Assembly: GCA_051294375.1 (NCBI GenBank)
Contig: CM119265.1
Location: 17,553,520 to 17,606,014, forward strand
Direction: 5' to 3'
Origin: Paraspadella gotoi
Taxonomy: Eukaryota > Animalia > Chaetognatha
DNA: 52,495 nt
The position numbers were made by a program, and so were the translations under genes. This document shows, in pieces, positions 34,470 to 48,777 of this stretch. The notes under the pieces were generated by a model. The model was not told where the DNA came from, did not search any database, and saw nothing but the letters and a program-made list of their open reading frames with translations. Within the stretch, counting starts at the first letter, position 1; every line of letters begins with the position of its first letter.

Positions 34470-37400
34470 TTTAACAAAAAAATCGCTTCGGAAATTTCTC
34501 AAACGAACAGACGGTAGGATTTCCCTTACCTTCGTCGATGTTGAAGGAACTCTCGTTTTTTCGATTCTCCTGATGAATCCTCGCTCGACCTAGAAGAAAT
34601 TTCCCCGAATTGCCAACGCGAGTTTAACTATCGCGAAGAACCGGATTCCGTCAAACGCAGCCGATCGAGCCGACGCTGTCGATCGCCAAACAGACTTTAC
34701 CCTTCCGGTTAATTCGTTAAAGCTCGATCGAAACGACGAGATCGTAAATGGAAACCCGACCAAAGCCAGCGAGGCGGGTAAGGCCAAGCAACTCACCCAT
34801 CGTTGTCAAATCCTTCTTCCAAGCTCAACAAGGATCCGAAAGAAATACAGATAACGGAAGGACGATTTTAAAGCCCGCGTGATACTGTTTTCTCGAAACA
34901 AATCGTGGAAACTATCGCGCTTATCAAAGCGACACGATGACGAAACAAGTGAAATAAACTTATGGCTTTAAACCGGTTTGGTCGTAAGTGTTTCGTCGGT
35001 GCCTCGTCGTTAGCGCTGTCGACAATAACGGGCCGTATTCAGAGACCTCTTCTCCCGCGATGCTATTCATCCGCTGGAGTCCAACTTTCGCTGAAAAGAT
35101 AGACGTTATCTTCTTATCTAATTTTTCAATGGAAAACGAATCCCCGTCCTCGCGTCGATGATCGTTTTTTCCCGCGGATTTGTTTATAAAGTCATTCTGC
35201 CTTTGATGTAGTTGACGGAGCTGTGGACGTTGACGCCGCTGTAAGTAAAACGCGCTGGCGCCGGGCCGACGCGACCGCGGGGGAAACTTTTACCGGGAAA
35301 TATTTCGGTGGGTTCGTTAACCGTTTTTCGTATAACTGGAATCGCCGGGCAAGAGACCCTGGAGGACCAGAAGGTTTTGATCCAACAGACATGTTTGCGG
35401 TGACGCTTAACCACCGTGCACAATCTTTCATTGTTGCGTCTTTTATGTGAGAACCCAACACCATTTTCGTCTCGTTCACTTTGAAGGGCGGCTCTTCATA
35501 CGCTTCGTCCGGCGGGTAGGCGCTTTTTCGCTGCACTTTACAACGCCTCAATCCCCGCCCCGTAGTTTTTTCCGCTGGAAGTCGTTTTGGCTTAACTCCC
35601 GGAACTCCCACCATGGGCTTTGACGACAGGTTTATTTGAGCGGACGATTCGGCAATTTCTGGTTACAGCTATCAGCCAGTGACAGCTTGCCGACCGCTCT
35701 TCCGTCTGCTTGCTCACACCGATATAACTGGCATCAAGTGTAGGCTCTCTCGGCAATCAAGCCGTCTGCTTTTTTGAATCATTTATAGGCGGTCTTACTT
35801 ATCCTTGAATTGACAGTCTAAAGTCAAGCCTTCCAGCGCGCGGTATTTAGTGTATTTTAGCGTCGGGGCAGTCAATTCTCGTTCCAGTCCACTTTCGGGG
35901 AACGAGAAACCGTGGAGAGAATGAGAAGAACGAAATATTTGACGCGAAAAATGTAAGTTCGCTTCGCGAATCTTTTCGTAATACAGCCGTTTGGAAGCCT
36001 TTGCCGACGACTGCACCGGATTTGTCCGATATCGATTTTGGTTTTTCCGTGACGTTCGTCGTCATCCCGCCGTCGCTATGGTCGTTGACGTCGCCGATTC
36101 CCTTTCCTTTTCGAGATCTTCCGTGGACTAAACCGCGTCATTTTTTGCTTTCGTCTTCCTTCCGCTACGAAACCGACGAAGACTGGCCTCCAAAGGAAAG
36201 GACGGTCCCGACCGGTCAACTGAATTCGAAACCAAAATACTTCATATTAATGTATTCTTTTTCTCTCCCTCTGGCGCTGATTCTAGAAAGCGACTAAATA
36301 TTAATGCCTATAAAGACAAAGTTAATCTGCTTTCTTCAAGAGGGCGAGACTCACCATTTTACCCTGAAGGTTCGAGCCTTGGGTCGCCATTGTCAGTCCA
36401 CCTGGACGGAGGAAATCTGCGTTGAATTATCGTAGATTCGGATGTCTCTCTTTTTCGATCGAATATCATTCTGCAAACCGTTCATAGGAAACGAATCGGT
36501 CGACGTCGAGTAAATCGACGGCGACCACTTGAGGCAGAACACGATTTTCTAATCCTTTTTCCCTCCTGCTCCCAACTGCTCATTTCCGCTTCCCAATCCG
36601 CTTCCCTGGACTGGCTCTCTCCTCCGCTTCCCATCCGCTCCGACCCGCTCTCCGTCCGCTTCCACTCTGATCTTTTTTCTTACTCGACCATTTTCCCGCT
36701 GTGCTTCTTTCCCCATTTCTTCCTCTCGATCTGAAATCGAAGTCTCGTCAAGTTTAGGACATCAAGTCGTTCCGGATAACCAGTGGCCCCCCCGGCCAAG
36801 AGTTGACGAAGCCAAACGTCGAATTGGACACCTGCTCGAACCCGTAGAAGATCCTCTCGGCTCAAGCTCGCCTGTCGACCGGAGATATTTCAAAGGATAC
36901 CAAACGTCTCCATCCGGGTTCGAAGGTTGCCTTCGCAGACCTCGGTGACGACGTAACCCTCTGCCGTGGCTCTCCGAAGTTTCCTAGACTAATGGAAGGA
37001 GGTTTTTTTTTGCGGAAAGCGGCGTTGTTGTCGTCGTCGTCGTGTCGTCAGGGGCGTGGCTGAACGATCGTCGCGTCATCGAAGAACAGCGGACGAGGCT
37101 GTCGACGACGATCTCGAGAAGCACTGGACGAAGCCCGAGACGAGGACTTTTGACATCGGCGACGGCATCTCCGCGTTTCGTCGCCAAATTTTTCTCGACG
37201 GCCGTCACGAGAAGTGAAATTCGTCAAGATCTCGAATTGGTGACGGGCGACAAAGGATTGTTCAAATTCGATCGTGACCCCGTACAGACGTTATCCTCCA
37301 AGACATCTCCGATTTTGGATCTCGTTTCGTCGTCTCCCAGGACGCCGTTTATCCTTCCACGATGCGTTGACTGACGCCATCTTTGTTTCCTTCGCCGGTG

Positions 37401-38422
37401 ACACTAAAATGCCAAAGAAGGTTGGGGTTTGACGGCGTCGAAATGGCCGCAGATTCGGTGGCGGTCGATCGCGTGGACGAGAAATGCGAACCATCGTCGA
37501 GGCGGTCGTCGTCGTTCGCCGTCTTCGAGCGGAATCCTGGGCAACGATCTACGAACAACTTGACGACGTCTCGTTGCTTCGTCTCTTCCGCGAACGTCGG
37601 AGGGCGTTTTTTGACAATCTCCCATTGGAAATCCACGAGTCGGACCTCGCGCCTTTGTCTGCCGGATAGTCGTAGATATTTAACCAACTCTTTAAACAAA
37701 TGAAATGGTAAATGATTAAATGAATGAACCTTCCCTTTGTATAACATAGATTAAAAATATTCAAAAGAAATAATTAAAAATAGGATAAAGAAAAATAAAA
37801 TTTTCATTAAAGTATCTTTAAAATTATATTCTTAGACATAAAGGTGCCTATAGACTTTCCCCCAGTATTAATCCTATCAGAACATAACAATTCTACATGG
37901 TAGTCTTACCCCCTATTGGTAAAAAAATCAATCATATACGTTGGGCCCCCTAAAAAAATTATCCATTCCCACCCTTTCCTGTTCACTGTTAGATATTATG
38001 ATTTTCATTATGACTTTCTAAACAGAAATGATGTGTGATATCTATTAGAAAACTAGAACAGATAGTAATATAACCTTGTGTTGTATAAATGCTTCCTCTA
38101 TTTCCAGAAGACAACACTGACTTTCCCTTCCCAAATTGAATTATTAGATAAATAAAACATTTTTAAAAAAGAAAGCAATATATATTTGTTTAAATAATAA
38201 TACTAAATCCATCATAAAATATAAAAATAGAAAATAGTGAAACAAGTAATTTGCAAATTTGCATAAAAGAAACAACTGAGGTAATAATTGACAACTAGCT
38301 CGCTGACCTAATAGCCGTTTAATTTGACGACACTTTTGTCGCGCCAGATAATTGTCTTTTTCCAAGACGTGCTTCCGTTCCCAAACCAGACATCGAAGCT
38401 TGGTGTGCAAGTCGTCGCTCAT
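34470..38422 (-). pseudogene. Second, frameshift-ridden copy of the same gene (likely an uncorrected long-read or alternative-haplotype copy rather than a true pseudogene)
   Basis: Colinear with 3016-6954. Differences are mostly single-base indels, often in homopolymers. ORF-track fragments match copy 1 peptides (TYSGVNVHSSVNYIKGR, EETKQRDVVKLFVDRCPGF). Confidence 0.7.
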
Positions 38423-38748
38423 GTTTTTTTTTTTTTTGTGGCCAGAAACTTTTAAAACGTTTATAGATCTAGATATGAAGAATATTCTATCAGCTTGTAT
38501 TGATTTCAAAAATTAAAGGAGTGGCGTTGTAAAACTTAAAAAAAAAAGTGAACAATTTAAGTTTCATTTTATCAAACTCTCCGCGGTTTGATTGCGATAA
38601 GATCGCGTATATGACGTAATGTTTTTCATTGGAAATCCCGAAAAGAGAAGTATTAACTTAAGTGGACTTCGGCGATTCCAACGTTGACTTTTGACATTTT
38701 GAAAAAAGTAAATTGTTCATAAACAAATTGAAATTTTACAAGCCCTTA

Positions 38749-39297
38749 AACAAGGTTTGAGCAAACAATGTCGTGCTGCCCACGATAATTAGCGGTAATT
38801 AATTAATATTTAATTAATTTGATCCGAAATATTTGTTTTTAGGAACAAAAGCAACGACGTCGATGATGGCAACGACGACACTAATGCCGATAAATGATTG
38901 ACTTGATTGATTGATTGTATTAAATGATTTATTGATAAATAAAATTGATGCTTTGGATAATTAACTAATAGATAAATAATGATTGATTAAATAGTTAATT
39001 GATTGATTAATTGACTGATTAATTAATAATTAATTAATTACTTGACTAATTGATTAATTAACTGATTTATATTTATTTGATTAATTAATACATCTTGTAT
39101 TTACATTTTTACATATTTACATTTAATATAAAAAAATGCAGCATAATCAATTAGTGGAAACAGATTTTTTTTGTTTTTTATTAATTTAAACTCATTTTCC
39201 ACTCAGACGATTTTCATAGTGAATTAATTAGTCGAGATCTGCTTATTCGATTAATTAATACGTCTTGTAGTTACATATAAGTAGATCGGACTAAAAA
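38749..39297 (+). mobile_element. Duplicate of the 7273-7806 Helentron-like element
   Basis: Colinear match including both termini. Confidence 0.6.
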
Positions 39298-39930
39298 TTT
39301 TCGCGTTATTTTTTTAGGTCAAAATACTGAATGCCTTTAACGTGCTTTTAAATCCTAAAATGATACAAGTTTAAAAAAAAAAATGCAAGCAAAAATGATA
39401 TTGTTTTGTGTTATATAAAATATTTTTTCAAGTACCAAAATGTTATTAGTGCCGAGGTATGCAGTTCAGTTTAAGACCTTGAAAGCGCGATTTAAAAATA
39501 TTGGCGCAGCCACTTGTTTTTTTTTTGGCAACTACCATCGTTAAGTGTATTTCGTCCCTTTTCTTTATAAGAAAAAAAATGCATGACTAAAACAATTGCA
39601 TGTATTTCGGTAGAAAAAATCGACACATCTGATCTGACTGATTAATTTAAAAACTGATCTGATGAGTCAATTTTTTTTTTCATCGTCATGCATTTTATTT
39701 TCTGTAAAGAAAAGAGGGGCGAAAGAATTAATGTTGCCATTCTGAGTAATTTAATACAGATGACTTATATTTTTTTTTTTTAAATCGAGATCCGTTCCCG
39801 TGGCGAACCATCGAACGAGACCTGCCTTCGCAATAGACAGTGAAACGCGAGTTGGAATTTTGATTTTTTTTATTTGTAATTATTTATTATTATTATTAAT
39901 TATTATTATATATTATTATTATTATTATTA

Positions 39931-39966
<36 letters not shown>

Positions 39967-40484
39967 GTATATTATTATTATTATTATTATTATTATATTA
40001 TTATTATATTATTTATTATTATTTTTTTTTTTTTTTATTGGCGAATTGTTTTTTTAAACAGAGAAAAGCGAATTAAAATTACTGGAATTACTCTCATTCC
40101 TAATTATTATGATTTCTCCATCATTATCACTATTATAATTATCACTACAATTGATTATCATGCATTACCATTATCACCCACTAAAATGACAACTACTATT
40201 ATTAATTCACTATTCCATTATGTATTACTTTTTTATACTAACAATAGTGAATTTTTAATTCCTTAAATAAAGTTGGTCACTTATTACTTTACAGTACAAT
40301 AACGCTCATTGCAATATAGTTTATTTTTTAACATCAACAGTTACGTGCGCCGTTAAAAACACAAACATTGAAGGGGGGGGCTTTACTATAAAAGGCCGCC
40401 CACACAGAGCAGAGAAGGTAATACAGACCGGACGCATCGCCGACACGCGACGAGGGGCGCCATCAGCGCCGCTTTGCCAGGCCC

Positions 40485-41123
40485 GCCGCTCCGCTGCAGC
40501 CGCTGCACGCGGGGCGCCTTGGCGGCGTCGCATTTGCGTTTCGAAGAAAAGAGGCGCAAAGATCTTGTTTTTTAATGCTAAAATTTGGACGCGTGACGCA
40601 GAGACAAAAGAGGAGAGAGAGAGAGGAGAGGAGAGGAGAAGAGAGAGAGAGAGAGGAGTGGGAAGAGGGAGGTAGAAGGGGGGTTTGTGGTAGTTCCACC
40701 ATGGAGAAGGAAGAGGGAAGTGTGTGGGACAGTCAGGTTGAGTCTATGAGCGTAAAAGCAAAGAGAGAAAAAGGTAGCGAAGACAAAAACTGGACAAAGG
40801 CAGAAGGCGAAAGGACGGGGAAGAAAAATGGGAAAGGAGGAGAGAGAAGCAAAAGGAGATTGAGATCTCGAGAACTCGGGTGATGAATGGAAAGATTAAA
40901 GGAGAACCGGAATAAAAGGTGGAAAGAGGGAGAGAGAGAGAGTGAGTGTGTGTGAGAGGGTGCCACTTGACCCCTTGGGTCTCCGTTATTTCTCCTTCTT
41001 ATCCTCCTCCTCTTCATCCTCCTCTTCCTCCCGCCCGCAAAGTCCAAAGGAGATTCTTCTCACCTCATATGTTTTCGGAGGCTGAAAAAATGCGTGCGAC
41101 CGAAAGGACCCCATGTCTCTTAA
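40485..41123 (-). repeat. Inverted copy of 20411-21045 fused to inverted copy of ~17985-18041
   Basis: Reverse-complement matches (GGAGATTCTTCTCACCTCAT; ATGTTTTCGGAGGCTGAAAAAA). The join overlaps by ATGTTT at 41069-41074. Confidence 0.9.
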
Positions 41124-41162
41124 TCGAAAGAGGAGAAGAGAGAGAGAGAGAGCAGAGAGAGA

Positions 41163-41218
<56 letters not shown>

Positions 41219-42528
41219 CTTAGTTTTCACAATATTTACAGGTCCACATTTAACTTCGTCGCCCTCTTTGTTATTTGATTTATGACCAAAGACAACGACG
41301 AAGACGACCATGACGGTGACAACAACAAAAAAAAACACACACAGACGTTCTCAATTCACCGCAAAGTAGCAAAGTCTCTACCTCTAATTACAACTAGCGC
41401 GGAACATCCTTTCGGATTGCGAAAAAAGACGGAGGCTCGAGCAAACAGGAGAAGAAAGCGAAAGGCGAGGATCCCGATCTGTTTATCTGAGAGTACGGAG
41501 ATGGGCAGCGCAGCCGAACCTGTCACCTCCCCCTCTCCCTCCCCTTCCTCTTCTGCCCATTACACCACCCCCCTCTCTCCCTATTTTCCTCTTATCTTTT
41601 CCGCAACCCACCCATCCACCACGGCCTCTTCTTCCTCCCCTTCCCAATCCTCTACCCCCATCCCCCTCTCTCCCTATTCTCTATTCCTTCCCCACCCTTT
41701 TTTAACAACAGACTGGCTGCAGGCCTCTCAAGCATTGTTGTTCTGCTACCTAAGACAGCTTTGAGGTGAGGTAGTCCCTTTAAAAGTCAAGTCAAATTCA
41801 CGCAAAAAGAAAAAAAACGATGTACCGCGTCTTTGAAGCTGCATCTTAAAAGAGACTCTCAGAAGCCGCGCCAGGCGTCAGCGAGGCTTGGCCGCCGCCG
41901 CCGGCGCTTCCCCGCACAGCCGTTCGATGTCCAATATATCCCGAAAATTTCCAATTCTCGCTTCGCAATCTCATCGAGCTGACCGACTATCAGATTAATA
42001 ATAACTACCAATATTAAGTTGCGAACTCATAATGCGGACCGATTTGGATATTCTCTCTTCCGGAAAATGATTAAAATATTAAAACCCGGCGTGTTAATCC
42101 GCCCTCGATTTTTAAGTAAATCCTTACTTCCCAACTTGCTCCTCCTCTTTCCGGACTAACTTGACCCGAGGGAAAGTCGCCCTTTATTCCACCTTCTTCC
42201 TCCCCCCCCCCCACCGCCAAAATAAAAAAAAAGAAAATCGGAAGAACTTACCTCGGGACAGTTCGCGGATCGGGTCGGCACGAGTTTTTTCCCCCAGGGG
42301 CGCCTCGACCCAGACAACGACGACGGAGAAGTCTTCGGCAGATTTCCGATTCGTCTTTCGTTAATCGATGAGACCCGCCCCTCCTCTCTTCCTCCTCTTT
42401 CTCCTCATCTTCCTCCCGCTTTTTCCTCCCTCCTCCACCGAAAAACCAGAGGAGATGTTCGCTGTCATTATTTCCCCCGGTGGCCGCCGACGGAAGGAGT
42501 GCGCTCGGGTGACTCACTCTCTCCTTCT

Positions 42529-42573
<45 letters not shown>

Positions 42574-42855
42574 TCTCTCTCTCTTCTCTCTCTCTTCTAA
42601 GTAGTAAGGAGTCGTAACGCGTTTAAAGCTCGATACGTTATAGGCGGACGGGGCGGCGACGCGGCCCGCCGGCGAGAGCGGGTGCCGCCGACCTCCGATA
42701 ACCGATTCATAGTTTCGAAATGCTTGATTATCCCTTTATTAGAACGAGGGAAGGGAGGAGTGGACAGAATATAGGAGGGGGGGGAAAAAAATCTACACAT
42801 AGAAAAAGCATTCCGATATTATTTTTTTTTTTTTTTTTATTCGAACTTCCTCTCT

Positions 42856-42891
<36 letters not shown>

Positions 42892-43946
42892 TCTCTCATC
42901 TCTTCTCTCTTCTCTCTCTCTCTCTCTTCTTCTATCTCTCTCTCTCTCTCTCTCTGCTCTGAAATCGGCGTTCTGGGACGTCTCTTCGAAACGTTATTCG
43001 GGACTCGATTTCCTTATCGGCCTCGTCGTCGTCGTCGTCGTCGTCGTCGTCAGTCCCGCACCGTCTCCTGACCTTAATTTCGTTCCCGCTTCATTTTTCG
43101 GCCACGCCGATTTCCAAGCGGCTCGTCCAGGTGTGTTCGAATCCGTCGCGAACGACGACGCCTCGTTGGCTTTCGTTTACTCTATATCTCTCTGCTCGTT
43201 TACACGCACGTGCGTTTGTAAAATGGCGCGATATCGAGAATTCGATCGAGTTGCCGCAGGCGCGAACGACCTGCCCCCTTTCAGTCTCACCCGCGTGACC
43301 GGGTTAGGACGAACCCTTTGGCAGAAAGGACGACGAGTTTTATCGACGTTAACGAAAGCCTTTTTTAACTTTTCTTTCTTTATTTCGCTTGCTTCTTTCT
43401 TTCTTTCTTTCTTCTCTTTCTTTCTTTCTTTCTTTCTTTCTTCTTTCTTTCTTTTCTTTTCTTTCTTTCTTTCTTTCTTTCTTTCTGACTCTTTTTTCTT
43501 TCAAATCTAAATGCTTGTATGTATGTAATTTTTCGTTGGTCTAATATTCTCTTCCTTTTACGTCTGTTTATCTGTCTCTCTGTCATGTCTGTCTTTTTGC
43601 CTTTCTGTCTGTCTGTCTGTCTGGCTGTCTGTCTATCTTTTCTGTTCTGTCAGAATAAAAGAAGAAAGAATTCTAAGGGGGATGGTTGGTGACTCGATCG
43701 GGCCGAAGACCCCGATCCGAGAGACACACTGCCGACACGCGCATTTCGCAGGTGTGCCACTTCGTTAGGGCGCTGGAGGAGTAATGGCGAGACGGAAAAT
43801 GGCGAACTTGCGGCGAATCTGCGGTGAATCTGCGGTGAATCTTGCGGCGAACTTGCGGCGAATTCTCCAATCGATTTGAATGATGATAAAGATCTTTCGA
43901 CGCCCGTCGTCTTTCGACGTTTTAACCTGAGGAGAGAGTAGACAGG

Positions 43947-44027
<81 letters not shown>

Positions 44028-44101
44028 AGAGACTGAGCGATTAAAATCGTATAAATCACGTTCCATATTTATCTACCTCTTTTCTCTCTATTCTCTCTCT
44101 A

Positions 44102-44193
<92 letters not shown>

Positions 44194-45568
44194 TCATAAT
44201 CTCTCTTCGGCCTTTTCTTCGCCGCGATCTTCGTTCGAGGCCGAGAAATTCCGCTTCCCGGTTCGTACGAATTTCGAGGAGACCGAAAGTGACAATTATT
44301 AGGCGAAGGAGGGAAAGTTCGATATCGTGACACTTTCCTTCACCCGGGGGTCACTTCACCTAAAATTACACCCATGAGCGGGAGATGAGGGATGAGAAGA
44401 TTGGGGGAAAGAAGGGGGTGGAAATTAGGAGGAGAAGAGAGAGAGAGAGAGGAAGGAGAAGATGGGTAGAGGGGAGACGAGAGGAGATAGAGAGAAAGAT
44501 AGAGGATAGAGAAGGAGAGAGAGAGTGAATGTGACCGACGCTGAAGTTAATAAAAACTAATCTTGCTGCGTTATTAAAGGTTTAATTTCGTTTTACAGTT
44601 TAAACAATTAAGGATTAATTTCCTTCGATAGTCGAAAGGATTTTCTTCGTGAACTGAGCTGAAATTGAAGATTCCGATCAAAATGGCGGGGAAAAAAGCG
44701 ATTTTTCGGCCACTTAATTACTTTGCTAATGGATAAATTGTATTCGACGCCAAAAAAAATCGACCAATAATTTTGTTAACTTCCAAAGTATCTATCTACC
44801 CCCTTGTTTTGTAAACAAATTAAACTTTGTTTCTCTCTAACTGAAAAAATCGCAGCGAAAAGCAGATTTCTAAAAGGTGAAAATTTTAGTCATTTCTAAA
44901 CGAGACCAATCAAAAATTTTAATTTGGAGTAAAAATAAAAATTACCAACCCCTCAGTGACTCGTGTAAAAAAATGTTTTTCATATTTTGTTTTTTAACTT
45001 TTTATCTCCAATTCTTTTTTCCTCTTCTTTCCTATGCTCTAATTCTTTCCTTTCCTCGCTCGCGTCAATCCCCGGCTGCTGTTATTGTTACCCTGATGTT
45101 GATCGTCTCTTTTCTCCTTTTTGAAAAACGGGGGAAACATGTTTGCCTCATTTGTTTGTGCCGTTTTGTTCTTCTTTTTGTTTCTCGGAAATGAGGCCGC
45201 CACTCGAGGGCGCCTCCTTACTTTCCTTTCCCTTTGTTTCAAACTTTCTTCCGACTTTCTTTTGTTCCCCGTATTCTTTTTTCATCGGTTTGACGATTGT
45301 AGAATGTATGTTGAAAGAGAGACCTTCATTATTATACGAATATTTCAAGTCGACAGTCTTCCGCTTCCGCAAAAAGAACAAAAGACGGCGAAAAACCAAA
45401 AAGCTCAATACGCGAAGCAATTAGCGTCGTTCTCTCCCAAATCACGGCTTCTTTTCGTCCCGAAAAGGACTCCGGGATGAGTTTTTCCCCGCTTGTCACT
45501 AGTGCGCGGTTTCGTCGCGCTGAGGGAGGACGAAGTTAGAGAAACAAAAGGCGCAATGGAAATGAACC

Positions 45569-45607
<39 letters not shown>

Positions 45608-47602
45608 GACTTCCGAGATACCCTGAAATGCAGATAGAGCGTAGAGAGACGAGAGAGTCACAGCTCGACCCACGCTTTCTAGAAACCCGCGGAATATTCA
45701 TCATTAGCGGATTTCTCCATCTGTTGTGTTCTTTGAGTGGGCGGTTTAGCTTGAACTAGATAAACCAAATGTGGACAACAGCACTCAAAACACGCGTGGG
45801 TACGGATTACGAGGTACGGCTCGGTGACTTTTTTCTGTTCTCCCTCATCTCTCCTCCCTCGTTTCTCTCTCTCTCTCTCTCCTCGCTCTTTTCTCTCTTT
45901 TTGTTTTTCTAAATTTCTCGTTCTGTTTTAGGCTCTTTGTCAAATGTTGTTTGGCGGTTGGGACGTCATTTGAAACGGTAGCAATTTAAGTTTATGGAGA
46001 GAGAACGCGATCAGCCGGCTGACATCCAGACAAAAACCTTTTTCGTTCGAGGTCGCTGAGTTTCGCTGTCTTTCTCTTTCAACCCCCGTTTCTCTCTTTG
46101 CCCTTTATTCTTTCTTTCTTTTTCTCTTTCCTTGATTTCTCTCCTCTGTGTTATTTTATTTCCTCGTCTTCCTCGCCTCCTGTTCCTCTCGTATCCTTCT
46201 TTTCTCTGTTCCTTTTCTCATCTCTTACTTCCAACTCCTTTTCAACGGTTTTAGCTCATTTTTTGTCTCTTTCCTATTTTTCTCTTCTCCATTCGGCTCA
46301 TAATTCCTCGCTTCCTCCATCCACCTCCCTTTCCTCCTTGTCCTCCCCTCTCTCCTTTTCTCACCCTCCTTTTCCTCCTGTTCCTGTTCTGAAAAAGTCC
46401 TCGCAAAAACCCATCAGCGCCTTTTCGCCGGAAGTGAAACTGGAGGATTTTTGGTTGCCATCCAGAGAATGCGAATGGTCATTAGGTTTCATTCGAGCTC
46501 GACCGTCGTCGTCTGTTGTCGTCGTCGTGTACTCTCGTTTACTGAGAGAGCAAAGAATTTTTTCACTGATTCTTATATCCAAATACACGTATTTGATTCG
46601 TGTTGCCATTTCTATTAGTTAAACTGCGCGAGTATTATAAACCGTTTAATGCTGATTAACTTAAAGTAGGAATCAAGAAAGCCAACGATTTCAAAGCGGT
46701 GTCGGTTCAAATGTCTTTGTTCGTCGTCGTCCGCTTCTCGTCGTCTTGACTTCACGACTCCAAACTGGACGTTGTATAAAAGACTTTCCATGGAATTTCT
46801 TCTCCTCCCCATCGGCGTAAGTCATTTCGATGGCGGTTTCAGCGTCTCGTTGTTCGTTGTCTTGCAATTACACATAGTGTTCCTTCGTCGAAACACGCAG
46901 ATTGTAAATACGGCATATCGTTTTTAAATCCTCTCGATATCGTGTCCGTCGTTGTCTGTTTCCGTCGCGACGGAGTAGCTAAGAACTAACTGCCTCCTCT
47001 TCTCTCGGTGATTCTTTAATGATAATAGTCTTCCGTCACGAGTTTCCATCTCCATGTTCATCCTCGCGCGTCGCGGATTCGTGGGTTCCGAAGCGCAAGA
47101 CTCGCTTGATTGCTCCAAAGTTCCTTCGCGTTCGCTCACTTGCATTCCCTTACAACGATATGAAACCAACAGGCGATATCCGTTTTTATAAAGATTCGGA
47201 CGATTACCTTATTTAACTACGTTTGCCGAAATTCTCAGCAGGCCTCTCGTACATAGACGAATTTTTCGAAAGCCTTTTCCGAGTGCCAACCGATGAATTC
47301 TTTATCTTTCGACGACATAGGCCTCGAACTTTTGAGGACTTGTCACCCGAAATTTTTAAGCTCCCTCCCATAAAAAAATTTAGCAAAAAAGAGAAAAAAC
47401 AAAATAAAAAATACTGTAATAGAGAGAGAGGAAACCAATCTTGAAGGAAATGAAGGAACTAAAATCTCGAGAAAAAAAAATCGTTTTTGTTATCTCTCCT
47501 CTTGCTTCCCGCCGGCAAAGACTCCGTCTCGTATTTCTCTCTTTCTTTTTGGCGAAGGAAATATTGAATTTCTCTCTCTCTCTCTCTCTCTCTCTCTGCT
47601 GC

Positions 47603-47654
<52 letters not shown>

Positions 47655-47967
47655 CTTTTCTTCCACTTCCCCTCCATTCAAATTTTATTGGGTCTGTCGC
47701 AGCATCCGTGGTTGTTCGCGGTGTCAGCGCGGCGGCGCCGGCCTCTGCAACCCCCGCGTCGCCGCGTTCGCGCGGTTGGCAACTCCCGGGGGCGCCGAAG
47801 CCGCCGCGACCCCGCACGCGCTATCGGCGTGGAGGGGGGCCGCGACCGCGGCCGAGGACACCGAGCGGGAGACCGCCGGAAGCCCATAGACAAAATGGAA
47901 ACGCCATAACTCTCCCCCCGGTCGCACTTTTTTTTAGGGCTTGGGGTACTATCTATCTCTCATCTCT

Positions 47968-48034
<67 letters not shown>

Positions 48035-48218
48035 TTTCGTGTTACTCACAATTCAGGTCAATGAACATCGCGCCCAACTATTATCATAATTTTTCATCCA
48101 TTTTACATCCGATGGCCATTGTGGTTTCTTCCGTCATGTGGAACAAATTGAAGGAGAGAGAGAGAGAGATGGATGACGGAGAGAAAGACGAGGGACGATA
48201 GAGAGAGAAGAGAGAGAG

Positions 48219-48256
<38 letters not shown>

Positions 48257-48592
48257 AGAAGAGGGGGGGCTTCCAAATTGTCCTCTTTTCTCACTAAGGA
48301 CAATGGAGAGAGTCCCATCTCCGTTCATCTTCTGTACATCCGCCGATTCCGTCGTTCACATTATTAGTTTTTTTAATTGATGTTTGCGTCCGGCGTTAGG
48401 CGACTGAGACGACGACGACGGACGACGAACGATTGACGACGACGACGACGACACGATGACGACTAATAAAGACGATAGATAAAAAGGTTTCTCCCTTTGC
48501 TTTATGACGAATTCAAACTTCTCAGGATTCATTTTAAAAAAAACATAACTCGGTTTTTAAGCCGTACTCACTTCCTTCTCTCTCTTTTTTAA

Positions 48593-48669
<77 letters not shown>

Positions 48670-48752
48670 TTCTCTCTCTCTCTTCTCTCTCCTCTCTCTC
48701 TCCACTTCTCTCCAATCCCTCTCCCCTGGGCCCTCGCTCTCCTCCCCATAAT
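41123..48752 (+). repeat. Direct duplicate of 9882-17985 (block C), lacking the hAT MITE
   Basis: Colinear from ATCGAA(A)GAGG to CTCCCCATAAT, then a 25-N gap. Confidence 0.95.
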
Positions 48753-48777
48753 NNNNNNNNNNNNNNNNNNNNNNNNN
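48753..48777. other. 25-N assembly gap between inverted copies
   Basis: Exactly 25 N. Other gaps at about 306-497, 585-594, 1984-2714, 21046-21145, 49015-49024 and 49092-49306. Confidence 0.95.

Larger units (their letters stand above)
32965..40480 (+). repeat. Direct duplicate of 595-8834 (block A)
   Basis: Colinear from TGGTTC..GAAATTTGTTCTTTAATTTTGCC to CTTTGCCAG. Confidence 0.95.
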
